A DNA stretch of 64,000 bases from Actinomycetota bacterium (GTDB lineage: Bacteria; Actinomycetota; UBA4738; HRBIN12): assembly GCA_035691205.1 (NCBI GenBank), contig DASSJM010000090.1:9059-73058 (forward strand), written 5' to 3'. How positions within the stretch are numbered: position 1 is the first letter of the stretch; each line of letters starts with the position of its first letter. Made by a program: the position numbers and the translations under genes. Below the pieces are notes generated by a model. The model did not search any database. It had not been told where the DNA came from and saw nothing but the letters and a program-made list of their open reading frames with translations. Shown here one piece after another: positions 30,772 through 39,482 of the stretch.

Positions 30772-32592
30772 TCAGTCCCGTGAGCCCATCGCGATCTCGA
30801 TCTGCTGGATGATCTCCTCACCCACGAGCTCGTCGCGCGCGATCAGCGCGTCGCGCAGCGCGATGACCACGTCGCGGTTGTCCTCGAGCAGCTCGGCGAC
30901 GTTCCGCTTCTGCTCGACGAGGATCTCCTCGACGCGGGCCTTGCCGTCTGGGTCGGAGAGCACCTTACCCACCAGGTTCTTCGATCCGATCGGGCCCTCG
31001 GCGATCGCGTCGAACGAGACCAGCGAGCCGGCCATGCCGAACGATCCGACCATCTGCGCGGCGAGCGTGGTCGCCTGCTGCAGGTCCGACGCGGGTCCGG
31101 TCCCCGACTCGCCGAAGAAGACCTCCTCGGCGACGAGGCCGCCGAGCGCGATCGCGATGCCGGCCTCGATCTCCGATCGCGTGCGCGTGAACCGCTCCTC
31201 CTCGTCGCCGTGGGCCATCAGGCCGAGCGACTGGCGCCGCTTGATGATCGACAGCACCTCGAGGCGTCGCCCCTTCCCGGCGAGGTACGCGACGGTGGCG
31301 TGGCCCGCCTCGTGCGTGGCGACCGACACCCGGTCGGACTCCGTGTAGGTGACCGGCTGCTTGAAGCCCAGCTCCTCGGTGAGCTTGGCCTCGTGGATGT
31401 CCTGCACGTTCATCTCCGTGCGCCCGTTGCGCAGCGCCACGAGCAGCGCCTCGTCCAGGAGGTGCTCGATCATCACCGGCGTGTAGCCGAACGTGTCGTG
31501 GGCCAGCCGCTCGCGTGTGTGGTCGTCGTCCAGCAGGACGTGGTGCGTCTTGCGGTCGAAGAAGAAGTCGATCAGCTCGCGCCGGCCCGACTTGTTGGGC
31601 AGGTCGAAGTACAGACGCCGGTCGAAGCGACCCGGCCGCAGCAGCGCGGGGTCGAGGTTGTCGGCGCGGTTCGTGGCAGCGATCAGCAGGATGTTGTTGT
31701 ACAGGGGCTTGGCGGCCGCGATCCGCCGAGCCGCTGGCAGGTACCCGTTCACCCACTCGATCATCCGCGACTTGACGCGCGCGCCCCACGGCGGCGTGTC
31801 GAACGACTGCATCTGGATCAGCAGCTCGTTCACCATGCCCGAGCCCGCAGGGCCGACGAAGTTCGAGGCCACGCGTCCGAGCCCGGTGCCGTCCGGGCTC
31901 GCGCTCAGGCCGTCGCGGGTGCCGCCGATCGCGTCGATCTCCTCGATGAACCCGATCGCGCCGCCCTCCTTGCGCGCGAGCTTGCGCAGCTTGCGGAAGA
32001 AGGAGCGGATCTTGGAGTTGGTCATCCCGAACCACATCGACTGGAACGCCGGTGCGGCGCTGAACAGGAACGGGACCCCCGCCTGCTTGGCCATCGCCTT
32101 GGCCAGATAGGTCTTGCCGGTCCCGGGCGGGCCCTCGAACAGGATCCCTCGGCGCGGGTTCCCGCCGAGCTGGCCGCGGAACGTGGCGTAGCCCAGGAAC
32201 ACGTCGAGCGTCCGGCCGACCTCGTCCACCTGGGGATCGAGCCCGCGGACGTCGTCGAGCCCGACCTCGATCTCCTCGGGCCGCACGACCACGTGCGGCG
32301 AGCGGCCGCTGAACAGCGGCATCATCATCATCAGCAGGATCGCCGCGAACAGGACGGCGATCGGCGCCCAGATGATCGCGTCGGGCCCGAGCGTCGGGAG
32401 CTCGAACGGGTTGTGCGAGAGGTAGCGGTACCAGAGGTAGCCGTCGACGACGACGAGGATCGTGATCAACCGCCAGACGCGGCGCCTGCGGGTCTTCTCT
32501 CGGACCTTGAAGACGTCCGCCCGTCCCTTGGACAGGGCGTCGGACCCGTGGAGCGCGGCGGCGGTCGAGCTGTCGGTCTGCTTCACGAGCAC
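30772..32592 (-). CDS. FtsH-like membrane AAA+ zinc metalloprotease (atypical paralog)
   Basis: 606 aa. Two N-terminal TM helices with a short loop, Walker A GPPGTGKT, Walker B-like GFIEEIDA, SRH ATNRADNLDPALLRPGRFD, and M41 zinc site HEAGH. Confidence 0.85.
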   Translation of the reverse strand: MLVKQTDSSTAAALHGSDALSKGRADVFKVREKTRRRRVWRLITILVVVDGYLWYRYLSHNPFELPTLGPDAIIWAPIAVLFAAILLMMMMPLFSGRSPHVVVRPEEIEVGLDDVRGLDPQVDEVGRTLDVFLGYATFRGQLGGNPRRGILFEGPPGTGKTYLAKAMAKQAGVPFLFSAAPAFQSMWFGMTNSKIRSFFRKLRKLARKEGGAIGFIEEIDAIGGTRDGLSASPDGTGLGRVASNFVGPAGSGMVNELLIQMQSFDTPPWGARVKSRMIEWVNGYLPAARRIAAAKPLYNNILLIAATNRADNLDPALLRPGRFDRRLYFDLPNKSGRRELIDFFFDRKTHHVLLDDDHTRERLAHDTFGYTPVMIEHLLDEALLVALRNGRTEMNVQDIHEAKLTEELGFKQPVTYTESDRVSVATHEAGHATVAYLAGKGRRLEVLSIIKRRQSLGLMAHGDEEERFTRTRSEIEAGIAIALGGLVAEEVFFGESGTGPASDLQQATTLAAQMVGSFGMAGSLVSFDAIAEGPIGSKNLVGKVLSDPDGKARVEEILVEQKRNVAELLEDNRDVVIALRDALIARDELVGEEIIQQIEIAMGSRD

Positions 32593-32737
32593 CCCTCAGG
32601 TCGGCGGACGGCGGCCGAGGCCATCGTACGTGGAGGGCCGGATCCGGGCATCGGACCTTGGTCCTACGGCCTGAGACGTTCGACGGAGGCGCGCCGGCCT
32701 CTCCGTCGAGCGGGACGAACGGCTATCGTGCCTGGCC

Positions 32738-33130
32738 ATGGCTCGGAAGAAGCTGGCACCCATCCCCCGCGAGGACGCTCGGACGATCGGCGCGCTCCTT
32801 CGCGGCCTGCGCCGCGCCGCGGGCTACCGTGCCGTGCAGGACGCGGCGTCGGCGACCGGCTTCCCGGCGGCGCGGCAGACGATCTACGCGTACGAGCGGG
32901 GCGGGCTCACCCCCTCCCTCCAGCAGTTCCTCGACCTCGTCGAGTTCTACGCGCTGCACCCCGGGTCCGGGGACGATGGCAAGTCCGAGGAGGATCGGCG
33001 CGCCCTGGCGGTCGCGGCCGTGACGAGGGCGCTCACCCTGCCCGCGTACCACGTTCGGCAGGCGCACGAGTTGATCGACCGGCTCCAGCCCCCGCTCGCC
33101 GAGGGCCGTCGCCGGCGGACCTCCTCCTGA
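32738..33130 (+). CDS. XRE-family HTH transcriptional regulator
   Basis: 130 aa. HTH region IGALLRGLRRAAGYRAVQDAASATGFPAARQTIYAYERG. Its stop overlaps the next start (TGATG). Confidence 0.6.
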   Translation: MARKKLAPIPREDARTIGALLRGLRRAAGYRAVQDAASATGFPAARQTIYAYERGGLTPSLQQFLDLVEFYALHPGSGDDGKSEEDRRALAVAAVTRALTLPAYHVRQAHELIDRLQPPLAEGRRRRTSS

Positions 33131-33546
33131 TGCTGACCCGGATCGACCACGTAGGGATCGCGGTCTCAGACCTCGACGCCGCGGTCGAGCACTACCGGCG
33201 AACGCTCGGTCTCGAGCCCGTGCATCGCGAGCGGGTCGAGGACCAAGGGGTCGACGAGGTGCTGTTCGCCGTCGGGGACTCCTTCATCCAACTCCTCGGG
33301 GCGCTCGGGCCCGAGACCCCGGTCGGGCGGTACCTCGAGCGCCGCGGGCCCGGCGTCCACCACATCGGCTTCCGCGTGGACCGTGTCGCCGACGCGCTCC
33401 GGCACCTCCGTGCCGAGGGCGTCCGGCTGATCGACGAGGAGCCCCGTCCCGGATCACGTGGCACGACGATCGCGTTCGTCCATCCGGAGGGGATGGGTGG
33501 GGTCCTCGTCGAGCTGATCCAGGAGGCCGAGGACGCGTCTCCGTGA
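33130..33546 (+). CDS. mce: Methylmalonyl-CoA epimerase (VOC superfamily)
   Basis: C-terminal 138 aa of ORF 31210..33546, ATG 33130. Contains IDHVGIAV.DLD.A...Y, GVHHIGFRV and FVHPEGMGGVLVELIQ. Confidence 0.85.
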   Translation: MLTRIDHVGIAVSDLDAAVEHYRRTLGLEPVHRERVEDQGVDEVLFAVGDSFIQLLGALGPETPVGRYLERRGPGVHHIGFRVDRVADALRHLRAEGVRLIDEEPRPGSRGTTIAFVHPEGMGGVLVELIQEAEDASP

Positions 33547-33597
33547 GTCGGTGAGCCGGAACAGCAGCTCCAGAGCCAGCGACGCTGGGCAACTCCG

Positions 33598-34071
33598 GTG
33601 CGACCTGGCACGATAGCGCAGGTGACCAGCAGACCCGCGGCGGCGCAGCGCCTGAGCGACCTCGCGCGGCTGCGCCGCGTCCGCGACCGGATCGACCGGG
33701 AGTACGCGCAGCCCCTGAACGTCGAGGCGCTCGCCCGCGGCGCGCACATGTCGGCCGGGCACCTCAGCCGCGAGTTCCGGCTCGCCTACGGCGAGTCGGT
33801 GTACGCCTATCTGATGACGCGGCGCATCGAGCGCGCGATGTCGCTGCTGCGGCGCGGCGACCTCAGCGTCACCGAGGTCTGCTTCGCGGTGGGCTGCTCG
33901 TCGCTGGGCACCTTCAGCACCCGCTTCACCGAGCTCGTCGGCGTGCCGCCGAGCGTCTATCGGCGCCAGGCGACGCGCGCGACGGCGGGGATGCCGTCGT
34001 GCGTGGCGAAGCAGGTGACTAGACCGATCAGGAATCGAGAAGCGTCTGCCCGCGAGCCGCAACTAGCATGA
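33598..34071 (+). CDS. AraC-family transcriptional regulator (HTH_18 only)
   Basis: 157 aa. Contains LNVEALARGAHMSAGHLSREFR and VTEVCFAVGCSSLGTFSTRFTELVGVPPSVYR. The start is uncertain. Confidence 0.8.
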   Translation: MRPGTIAQVTSRPAAAQRLSDLARLRRVRDRIDREYAQPLNVEALARGAHMSAGHLSREFRLAYGESVYAYLMTRRIERAMSLLRRGDLSVTEVCFAVGCSSLGTFSTRFTELVGVPPSVYRRQATRATAGMPSCVAKQVTRPIRNREASAREPQLA

Positions 34072-34487
34072 CGGCCATGGACATCACGATCCACTCCAGC
34101 TTCCTCCCGCACGACGACCCGGATGCCGCCATGGCCTTCTATCGCGACATCCTCGGCTTCGAGGTCCGCATGGACGTCGGATACGAGGGGATGCGCTGGA
34201 TCACGGTCGGCCCGGCCGGCCAGCCCGACACGTCCATCGTCCTGCACCCGCCGGCCGCCGACCCAGGCATCACCGACGACGAGCGCCGCACCATCGCCGA
34301 GATGATGGCCAAGGGCACCTACGCCGGCGTCAACCTGGCCACCCATGACCTCGACGGCACCTTCGAGCGGCTGCAGGCCAGCGACACCGAGATCGTCCAG
34401 GAGCCGACCGACCAGCCGTACGGCGTTCGAGACTGCGCCGTCCGCGACCCCGCGGGCAACCTGATCCGCATCCAGGAGCTGCGCTGA
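34068..34487 (+). CDS. VOC/glyoxalase-family protein
   Basis: 139 aa. ATG 34068 overlaps the AraC stop (ATGA). Contains AMAFYRDILGFEV and PYGVRDCAVRDPAGNLIRI. Confidence 0.8.
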   Translation: MTAMDITIHSSFLPHDDPDAAMAFYRDILGFEVRMDVGYEGMRWITVGPAGQPDTSIVLHPPAADPGITDDERRTIAEMMAKGTYAGVNLATHDLDGTFERLQASDTEIVQEPTDQPYGVRDCAVRDPAGNLIRIQELR

Positions 34488-34511
34488 GCCGACCGGAGGA
34501 GGTCCCGAGCC

Positions 34512-35009
34512 ATGGCTGAGAGGAAGACCGGGGAGAAGGCCACGCCGAAGAGGTCCGCCAAGAGCGGTTCCGCGACCGGCAAGTCGTTCGAGGGATTCTC
34601 CGACGAGGAGCGCGCCGCCATGAAGGAGCGCGCCAAGGAGCTGAAGGCTGAAGCGCGCGCGAGCAAGGATCGGGAGGCCGGGGAACGAGCCTTGCTCGAG
34701 AAGATCGCCGAGATGCCGGAACCGGATCGCAGCATGGCGGAGCGGATCCACGAGATCGTCAAGGCTAACGTGCCGGTCCTCGCGCCGAAGACCTGGTACG
34801 GGATGCCCGCGTACGCCAACAAGGACGGGAAGGTCGTCTGCTACTTCACCGCTGCGTCGAAGTTCAACTCGAGGTACGCGACGTTCGGCTTCAACGACGA
34901 TGCGAACCTCGACCAAGGCAACATGTGGCCGACCTCCTTCGCTCTGAAGGAGTTGACCGCGGCCGAGGAGAAGAAGATCGGTGCGCTCGTGAAGAAGGCG
35001 GTGAGCTGA
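34512..35009 (+). CDS. DUF1801 (YdhG-like) domain protein with Lys/Glu-rich N-terminus
   Basis: 165 aa. Contains [33 protein letters not shown]. Confidence 0.7.
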   Translation: MAERKTGEKATPKRSAKSGSATGKSFEGFSDEERAAMKERAKELKAEARASKDREAGERALLEKIAEMPEPDRSMAERIHEIVKANVPVLAPKTWYGMPAYANKDGKVVCYFTAASKFNSRYATFGFNDDANLDQGNMWPTSFALKELTAAEEKKIGALVKKAVS

Positions 35010-35075
35010 ACCCAGCTCCTGAACCCGCCCCCCGCCCCGTCACCGCAGTTGCGGCCTGATCCGCGTGCGAGCCGA

Positions 35076-36317
35076 TCAGGGCAGCCCGGTCAGGCCGCGC
35101 TCGGGCGCGTTGACCAGGACGGCGACGTTGCCCTCGGGGAGCTTCCCCTCCCCCATCAGCTGGTGGGCCTGCGCCGACTCCGCGTAGTCGTACGCGTGGC
35201 CGAGCGTGGTCACGACCCTGCCCTCGCGCACGAGGTCGTTGAACGACGCCGCCTGCTCGTCGTTGAACAGGTGGGAGCCCTGGTAGCGCTTCTGCAGGTA
35301 CCAGAGGTAGCGCACGTCCACCATCGTGTCGTAGCCGGTGGTGCCCGCGCAGATCACGACCATCCCGCCGCGCTCGCACACGAAGATCGAGGTCGGGATC
35401 GTGTCCTGCCCCGGGTGCTCGAACACGATGTTGGGGCTCCGCTTCTCCCCGAGCACCTCCCAGATCGCCTTGCCGAACCCCTTCACACCATCGAACCACG
35501 ACTTCCAATCGCCCGAGTCCCAGGCGGGGGGTACCCCCCAGTGCGAGAACGCGGTCCGGTCGATGTACCCGACGGCGCCGAGCGAGGTGGCGTACTCGCC
35601 TTTCTGGGCGCTGCTCACCACCGCGACGGCCTTTGCCCCCGCGAGCGCGACGAGCTGCACCGCCAGCGATCCGAGGCCGCCCGACGCGCCCCAGACGAGC
35701 ACGACGTCGTCCGGCTTCACGGTGTTCGGCGGCCAGCCGTGGAGCATCCGGTAGGCCGTCGAGCCCGTGAGCGTGGGCGCCGCGGCCTCCTCCCAGGTCA
35801 GGTGCTCGGCCTTGGGCAGGCACTGGTGCGCCTGCACCTTGGCGAACTGCGCGAACGATCCCCAGCAGGAGTCGTACCCCCAGACGCGGAAGCTCGGCGC
35901 CAGGCCGGGGTCGTGCCCGGCCACCACCCAGGGGTCATCGAGGTCCCACTGCCCCGCGTGCACGACGACGTGGTCGCCGACCTTCACGTTGGTCACCTTG
36001 GAGCCGACCGCGTACACGATCCCGGCGGCGTCGGACCCGACGACGTGGAACTCGGTCGGCTCGCCCCATCGCGCCTGGGTCTTGGTCACGTCCACGGGGA
36101 TCCCTCGTGCGGCCCACACGTTGTTGAAGTTCACCCCGGCCGCCATGACCATCACGAGCGCGTCGTGAGGGCCCAGCTCGGGGACGTCGATCACCTCGTC
36201 GACGATCGCATCGTGCGGTTCGCCGAAGCGCTCGGGCCGGACCAGCTGTGCGTGCATCCGGCCGGGAACCTCCCCCACCGGTGGAAGCTCGCCGATGTCG
36301 TACAGGTCCTTGCCCAT
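35076..36317 (-). CDS. ccr: Crotonyl-CoA carboxylase/reductase
   Basis: ORF 35076..37355 trimmed to ATG 36317, with a GGTGGAGGG SD. Contains DLYDIGELPPVGEVP, AAGVNFNNVWAA, WGASGGLGS and RYLWYLQKRYQGSH. Confidence 0.9.
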   Translation of the reverse strand: MGKDLYDIGELPPVGEVPGRMHAQLVRPERFGEPHDAIVDEVIDVPELGPHDALVMVMAAGVNFNNVWAARGIPVDVTKTQARWGEPTEFHVVGSDAAGIVYAVGSKVTNVKVGDHVVVHAGQWDLDDPWVVAGHDPGLAPSFRVWGYDSCWGSFAQFAKVQAHQCLPKAEHLTWEEAAAPTLTGSTAYRMLHGWPPNTVKPDDVVLVWGASGGLGSLAVQLVALAGAKAVAVVSSAQKGEYATSLGAVGYIDRTAFSHWGVPPAWDSGDWKSWFDGVKGFGKAIWEVLGEKRSPNIVFEHPGQDTIPTSIFVCERGGMVVICAGTTGYDTMVDVRYLWYLQKRYQGSHLFNDEQAASFNDLVREGRVVTTLGHAYDYAESAQAHQLMGEGKLPEGNVAVLVNAPERGLTGLP

Positions 36318-36391
36318 GCCCTCCACCCTTCGACGTTTCGGATCGGATGCCCGGCGACGATAGGCGAGGGTCCGAGGGGCCGACAAACCCC

Positions 36392-37360
36392 TCAGGCAGG
36401 TGCCGCCGCAGCGCTCTGCGGGCAGACCGTGCCCCGCGGGCACCAGGTGCAGTACGGCCCGGGACGGAGCGGGATCGGACGGCCGGCGTTGGACGCCGAC
36501 GCGGCGCGGAGGGCCTCGACGACGCGATCGGCGGCGCGCTCGAGCACCCGAGCGTCCACGTCCTCGGCCTGCCACTCCCCCGAGTCCAGGTACAGCGTGG
36601 CCACCCGATACGGCGGCACGCCGAACCGGAAGGCGAGCAGGAGCGCGTAGAACCGCATGTCCTCCGCGTGCTCCGGCCACGCCTTCCCGGTCTTCAGGTC
36701 GATCGCGAGGCGGGTGGCACGCATGGGCTCCGCCGGCACCGACGAACCCAGGACCAGGTCGAGCTGCCCGGTGAGCACGAGCGAGCCGCCGAGCAGCTCC
36801 GCACGCACGTGCCACTCCGTGGACGGTGCGAGCTCTCGCCGCATGAGCCGGAGCGGAGGCATCGTGGCGCGGAACAGCTCGAGCGTCTTGGCCGCGTCCA
36901 TCAGGGTCTCGTCGCGGCGGAGCGGGTCGAGCTCGTCCCAGTATCCGCGGAACCCGTCGTCCTCCACGAGCCGCTCGGCTGCCTGCTCGACGAGGACGTG
37001 GGGGTCGCGATCCTCGCGCCCCGCCACCTCGAGCTCGACCGCCTTGTGGGCGAGACGGCCCGCCGCGAACCGCGCCGAGAACCGGAAGGGACCCCGCTCG
37101 CCGGACCGGACGGCATCGAACAGCCCGGGGCACCGACCCAGGTCGTTCAGGTTGCTCTTGCCGAGCCACAGCGGCTGGGGGAGCTCGAAGGCCCGGGCCG
37201 CTTCCTCCACCCGGTCGCGGAGGCGCGGCACGACCTCCTCGGGGAACATCGGCCGCTCGCCGGTGCCGATCAGTCCTTCGAGGGTCCGGCGTTGCGATGG
37301 GGTGAGCTCGATGGTGGCCTCCACGGCTGGGGATGGTAGGACTAGCCACCGACATGCCAT
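36392..37360 (-). CDS. PD-(D/E)XK nuclease with Cas4/AddB-type four-Cys Fe-S staple
   Basis: ORF 36392..37891 trimmed to ATG 37360 (alternative GTG at 37324). N-terminal Cys (LGRCPG), nuclease motif AIDLKTGK, and C-terminal CTWCPRGTVC, giving the pattern C...CX2CX5C. Confidence 0.7.
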   Translation of the reverse strand: MACRWLVLPSPAVEATIELTPSQRRTLEGLIGTGERPMFPEEVVPRLRDRVEEAARAFELPQPLWLGKSNLNDLGRCPGLFDAVRSGERGPFRFSARFAAGRLAHKAVELEVAGREDRDPHVLVEQAAERLVEDDGFRGYWDELDPLRRDETLMDAAKTLELFRATMPPLRLMRRELAPSTEWHVRAELLGGSLVLTGQLDLVLGSSVPAEPMRATRLAIDLKTGKAWPEHAEDMRFYALLLAFRFGVPPYRVATLYLDSGEWQAEDVDARVLERAADRVVEALRAASASNAGRPIPLRPGPYCTWCPRGTVCPQSAAAAPA

Positions 37361-37378
37361 CGCCGAGCTCGCACTGAC

Positions 37379-37930
37379 GTGGGCGAGACGCCCAACGAGA
37401 TCCTCCGAGCCCTCGCCGACCCCGAGCGGCTGGCCATCGCCGGGCGCCTCTCGCGGGGCGGGTCCTCGGCCGCCGAGCTGTCCGGTGAGCTCGAGGTGCC
37501 GATCGCCCGGCTCCGGCGGCACCTGAACCGCCTGATCGCGGCCGGCGTCGTCCGACTCGAGGAGGACCGCCTCACCTACCGCCTCGACCCCGAGACGCTG
37601 CGCTGGGCGGCCGAGCAGGTGGGACCTCCTCGCGATGCCGGGATCGCGCTCGGCGCGACCAGCGAGGACGAGGAGGCCGTTCTCCGGACGTTCTTCCGGG
37701 ACGGGCGCCTGACCGAGATCCCGGCCAAGGAGGCCAAGCGCCGGATCGTGCTCGAGCGGATCGCCCTGGAGTTCGAACCGGGCGTCCGCTACGACGAGAG
37801 GACCGTGAACGCCGTCGTGGGACGGTTCTTCAACGACCACGCGGCGATCAGGCGGTACCTCGTGGATGAGGGTCTCCTCGACCGAGACCACGGCGAGTAC
37901 TGGCGCACGGGCGGCCGCGTCGAGGTCTGA
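37379..37930 (+). CDS. ArsR-type winged-helix regulator fused to a DUF2087 domain
   Basis: 183 aa from GTG 37379. N-terminal wHTH (ILRALADPERLAIAGRL...ELSGELEVPIARLRRHLNRL). C-terminal LRTFFRDGRLTEIPAKEAKR...RRYLVDEGLLDR. Confidence 0.7.
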   Translation: MGETPNEILRALADPERLAIAGRLSRGGSSAAELSGELEVPIARLRRHLNRLIAAGVVRLEEDRLTYRLDPETLRWAAEQVGPPRDAGIALGATSEDEEAVLRTFFRDGRLTEIPAKEAKRRIVLERIALEFEPGVRYDERTVNAVVGRFFNDHAAIRRYLVDEGLLDRDHGEYWRTGGRVEV

Positions 37931-37936
37931 TCCCGC

Positions 37937-38872
37937 TCAGCCGCCGGATCGCCGCTGGATCGCGAGCGTGGCCACCGCCGCGGCCGTGAGGCAGGCGAGG
38001 TTGAGCGCCAGCACCGCCAGCGCTCCGAGCGCATGGGACAGGTCGCCGAGGCCGATCGCGACCCCGAGCCCCGCCGCCGCCGGGATCGTCGTGACCGAGA
38101 TCGCCACCCCGACCACCGCCCCGGCCGACCGCCGCTCGAACGACAGCACGGCCGCCACGCCGGCGACCAGCGCCACCACCGCGCCCGTCAACCCCGGGTC
38201 GGTGATGAAGCTCGTCAGGAGCCCCTGCCCGAACCCGCCGCCCGCAGGCTTGCGTCCGAGGGCCGGCGCCAGCCCGATCGTGGCCGCTCCCGCGAGCGCG
38301 GCGACACCCAGTCCGAGCGCGAGGCTCGTGGCGCCGCGCGCCGCGACGCGGTACTCGCGTAGCACGAGGCCGATGCAGAGCGCGGCCAGGCGCGCCAGGT
38401 CCGGGCTGAGCGCCATCGCGCCCACGATCAGGACCGGCTGGTCGTCGTAGACGCCGATCGCGGCGATGAGCCCGGCGATCGCCATGATCACGAGGTAGGT
38501 GAGCGACAGCCTCGAGTCCTCGGCGGCGTCCTCGAGCACCTCGTCCCAGACGACGGCGTCCGACCCGCGGTCCCAGTACCCGAAGCCGCGCTCGTCGATG
38601 CCGATCTCGACGAGGTCGATCCCGCGATCGGAGAGCGTGCACCGGTCGGTCGAGACCCCGACCTCGCGAAGCCGCACGAGCACCTCGTCGGCCACGGAGG
38701 GCACGACGGCGGCTGCGACGAGGTCGTCCCCGGTCTCGACGACGGCACCGGGCACCCGGATCACGTTGCGGACGCCCTCGTGGCTCCGCAGCGCCCCGAT
38801 CGCGGCCTCGGCGAGGTCGGCCGGGACGAACACCGTCAGGGACAGGGCGTGCACGAGGCCGCATGATGACAC
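37937..38872 (-). CDS. DUF389-family integral membrane protein
   Basis: 311 aa. Soluble N-terminal domain followed by Gly/Ala-rich TM helices (LVIMAIAGLIAAIG, PVLIVGAMALSPDL). The start is uncertain (alternative GTG at 38854). Confidence 0.7.
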   Translation of the reverse strand: MSSCGLVHALSLTVFVPADLAEAAIGALRSHEGVRNVIRVPGAVVETGDDLVAAAVVPSVADEVLVRLREVGVSTDRCTLSDRGIDLVEIGIDERGFGYWDRGSDAVVWDEVLEDAAEDSRLSLTYLVIMAIAGLIAAIGVYDDQPVLIVGAMALSPDLARLAALCIGLVLREYRVAARGATSLALGLGVAALAGAATIGLAPALGRKPAGGGFGQGLLTSFITDPGLTGAVVALVAGVAAVLSFERRSAGAVVGVAISVTTIPAAAGLGVAIGLGDLSHALGALAVLALNLACLTAAAVATLAIQRRSGG

Positions 38873-38958
38873 GTCACCGCGAGCCTCCCCGACGGGTTGC
38901 CCTCCACGGAAACGGCGCGTTCGACGCCCGAGCCACCCCCCTGCTAGGGTCGCGGACC

Positions 38959-39393
38959 GTGCGTGGCTCCCGCCGCCTGCTCATCGCGGTCCTCGCCGGG
39001 GCGCTCCTCGCGCCGGCCGCCCCCGCCCTCGCCCACCACCGGCCGGGCCCGTGCGACGTTCACCAGCGTGAGGACGAGACCGTCCAGGGGCAGATGCGGC
39101 GGATCATCCGATGCGCCGTCGAGCGGTGGGAGGTGCCGGGCGGCGCGGACAAGGCCGTCTGCATCGCCGCCGCCGAGAGCGGGCTGAACCCGGAGGCCGT
39201 CTCCGCGAACGGGGAGTACCTCGGCCTGTACCAGCACATGGCCGAGGCCTGGCCCGATCGATACCGGGAGTGGACCCGACCTGCCTGGGAGCTGAGCGAG
39301 GACGCCCTCTCCGGCCGGACCAACGCGATCGTCACGATCCGGATGGTCAGCGAGAACGGCTGGGGTCCCTGGTCCGGCGTCGGCGACTGCTGA
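38959..39393 (+). CDS. Secreted lysozyme-like / lytic transglycosylase-like protein
   Basis: ORF 38863..39393 trimmed to GTG 38959. Signal peptide ending ALAHH; contains IAAAESGLNPEAVSANGEYLGLYQ. Confidence 0.65.
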   Translation: MRGSRRLLIAVLAGALLAPAAPALAHHRPGPCDVHQREDETVQGQMRRIIRCAVERWEVPGGADKAVCIAAAESGLNPEAVSANGEYLGLYQHMAEAWPDRYREWTRPAWELSEDALSGRTNAIVTIRMVSENGWGPWSGVGDC

Positions 39394-39437
39394 TCCACGA
39401 CCAGGGGCCGCGCGGTCCGTCTCGCGACGCACGAAGG

Positions 39438-39460
39438 GCCCCCGGATGACCGCCGGGGGC
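39438..39460 (+). terminator. Hairpin GCCCCCGG-n7-CCGGGGGC downstream of the transglycosylase-like gene
   Basis: 8-bp perfect GC stem read from the sequence, about 45 nt after the stop and 22 nt before the pccB start. Confidence 0.4.
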
Positions 39461-39482
39461 TCTCGCCGTAGACTCCGAGGTC

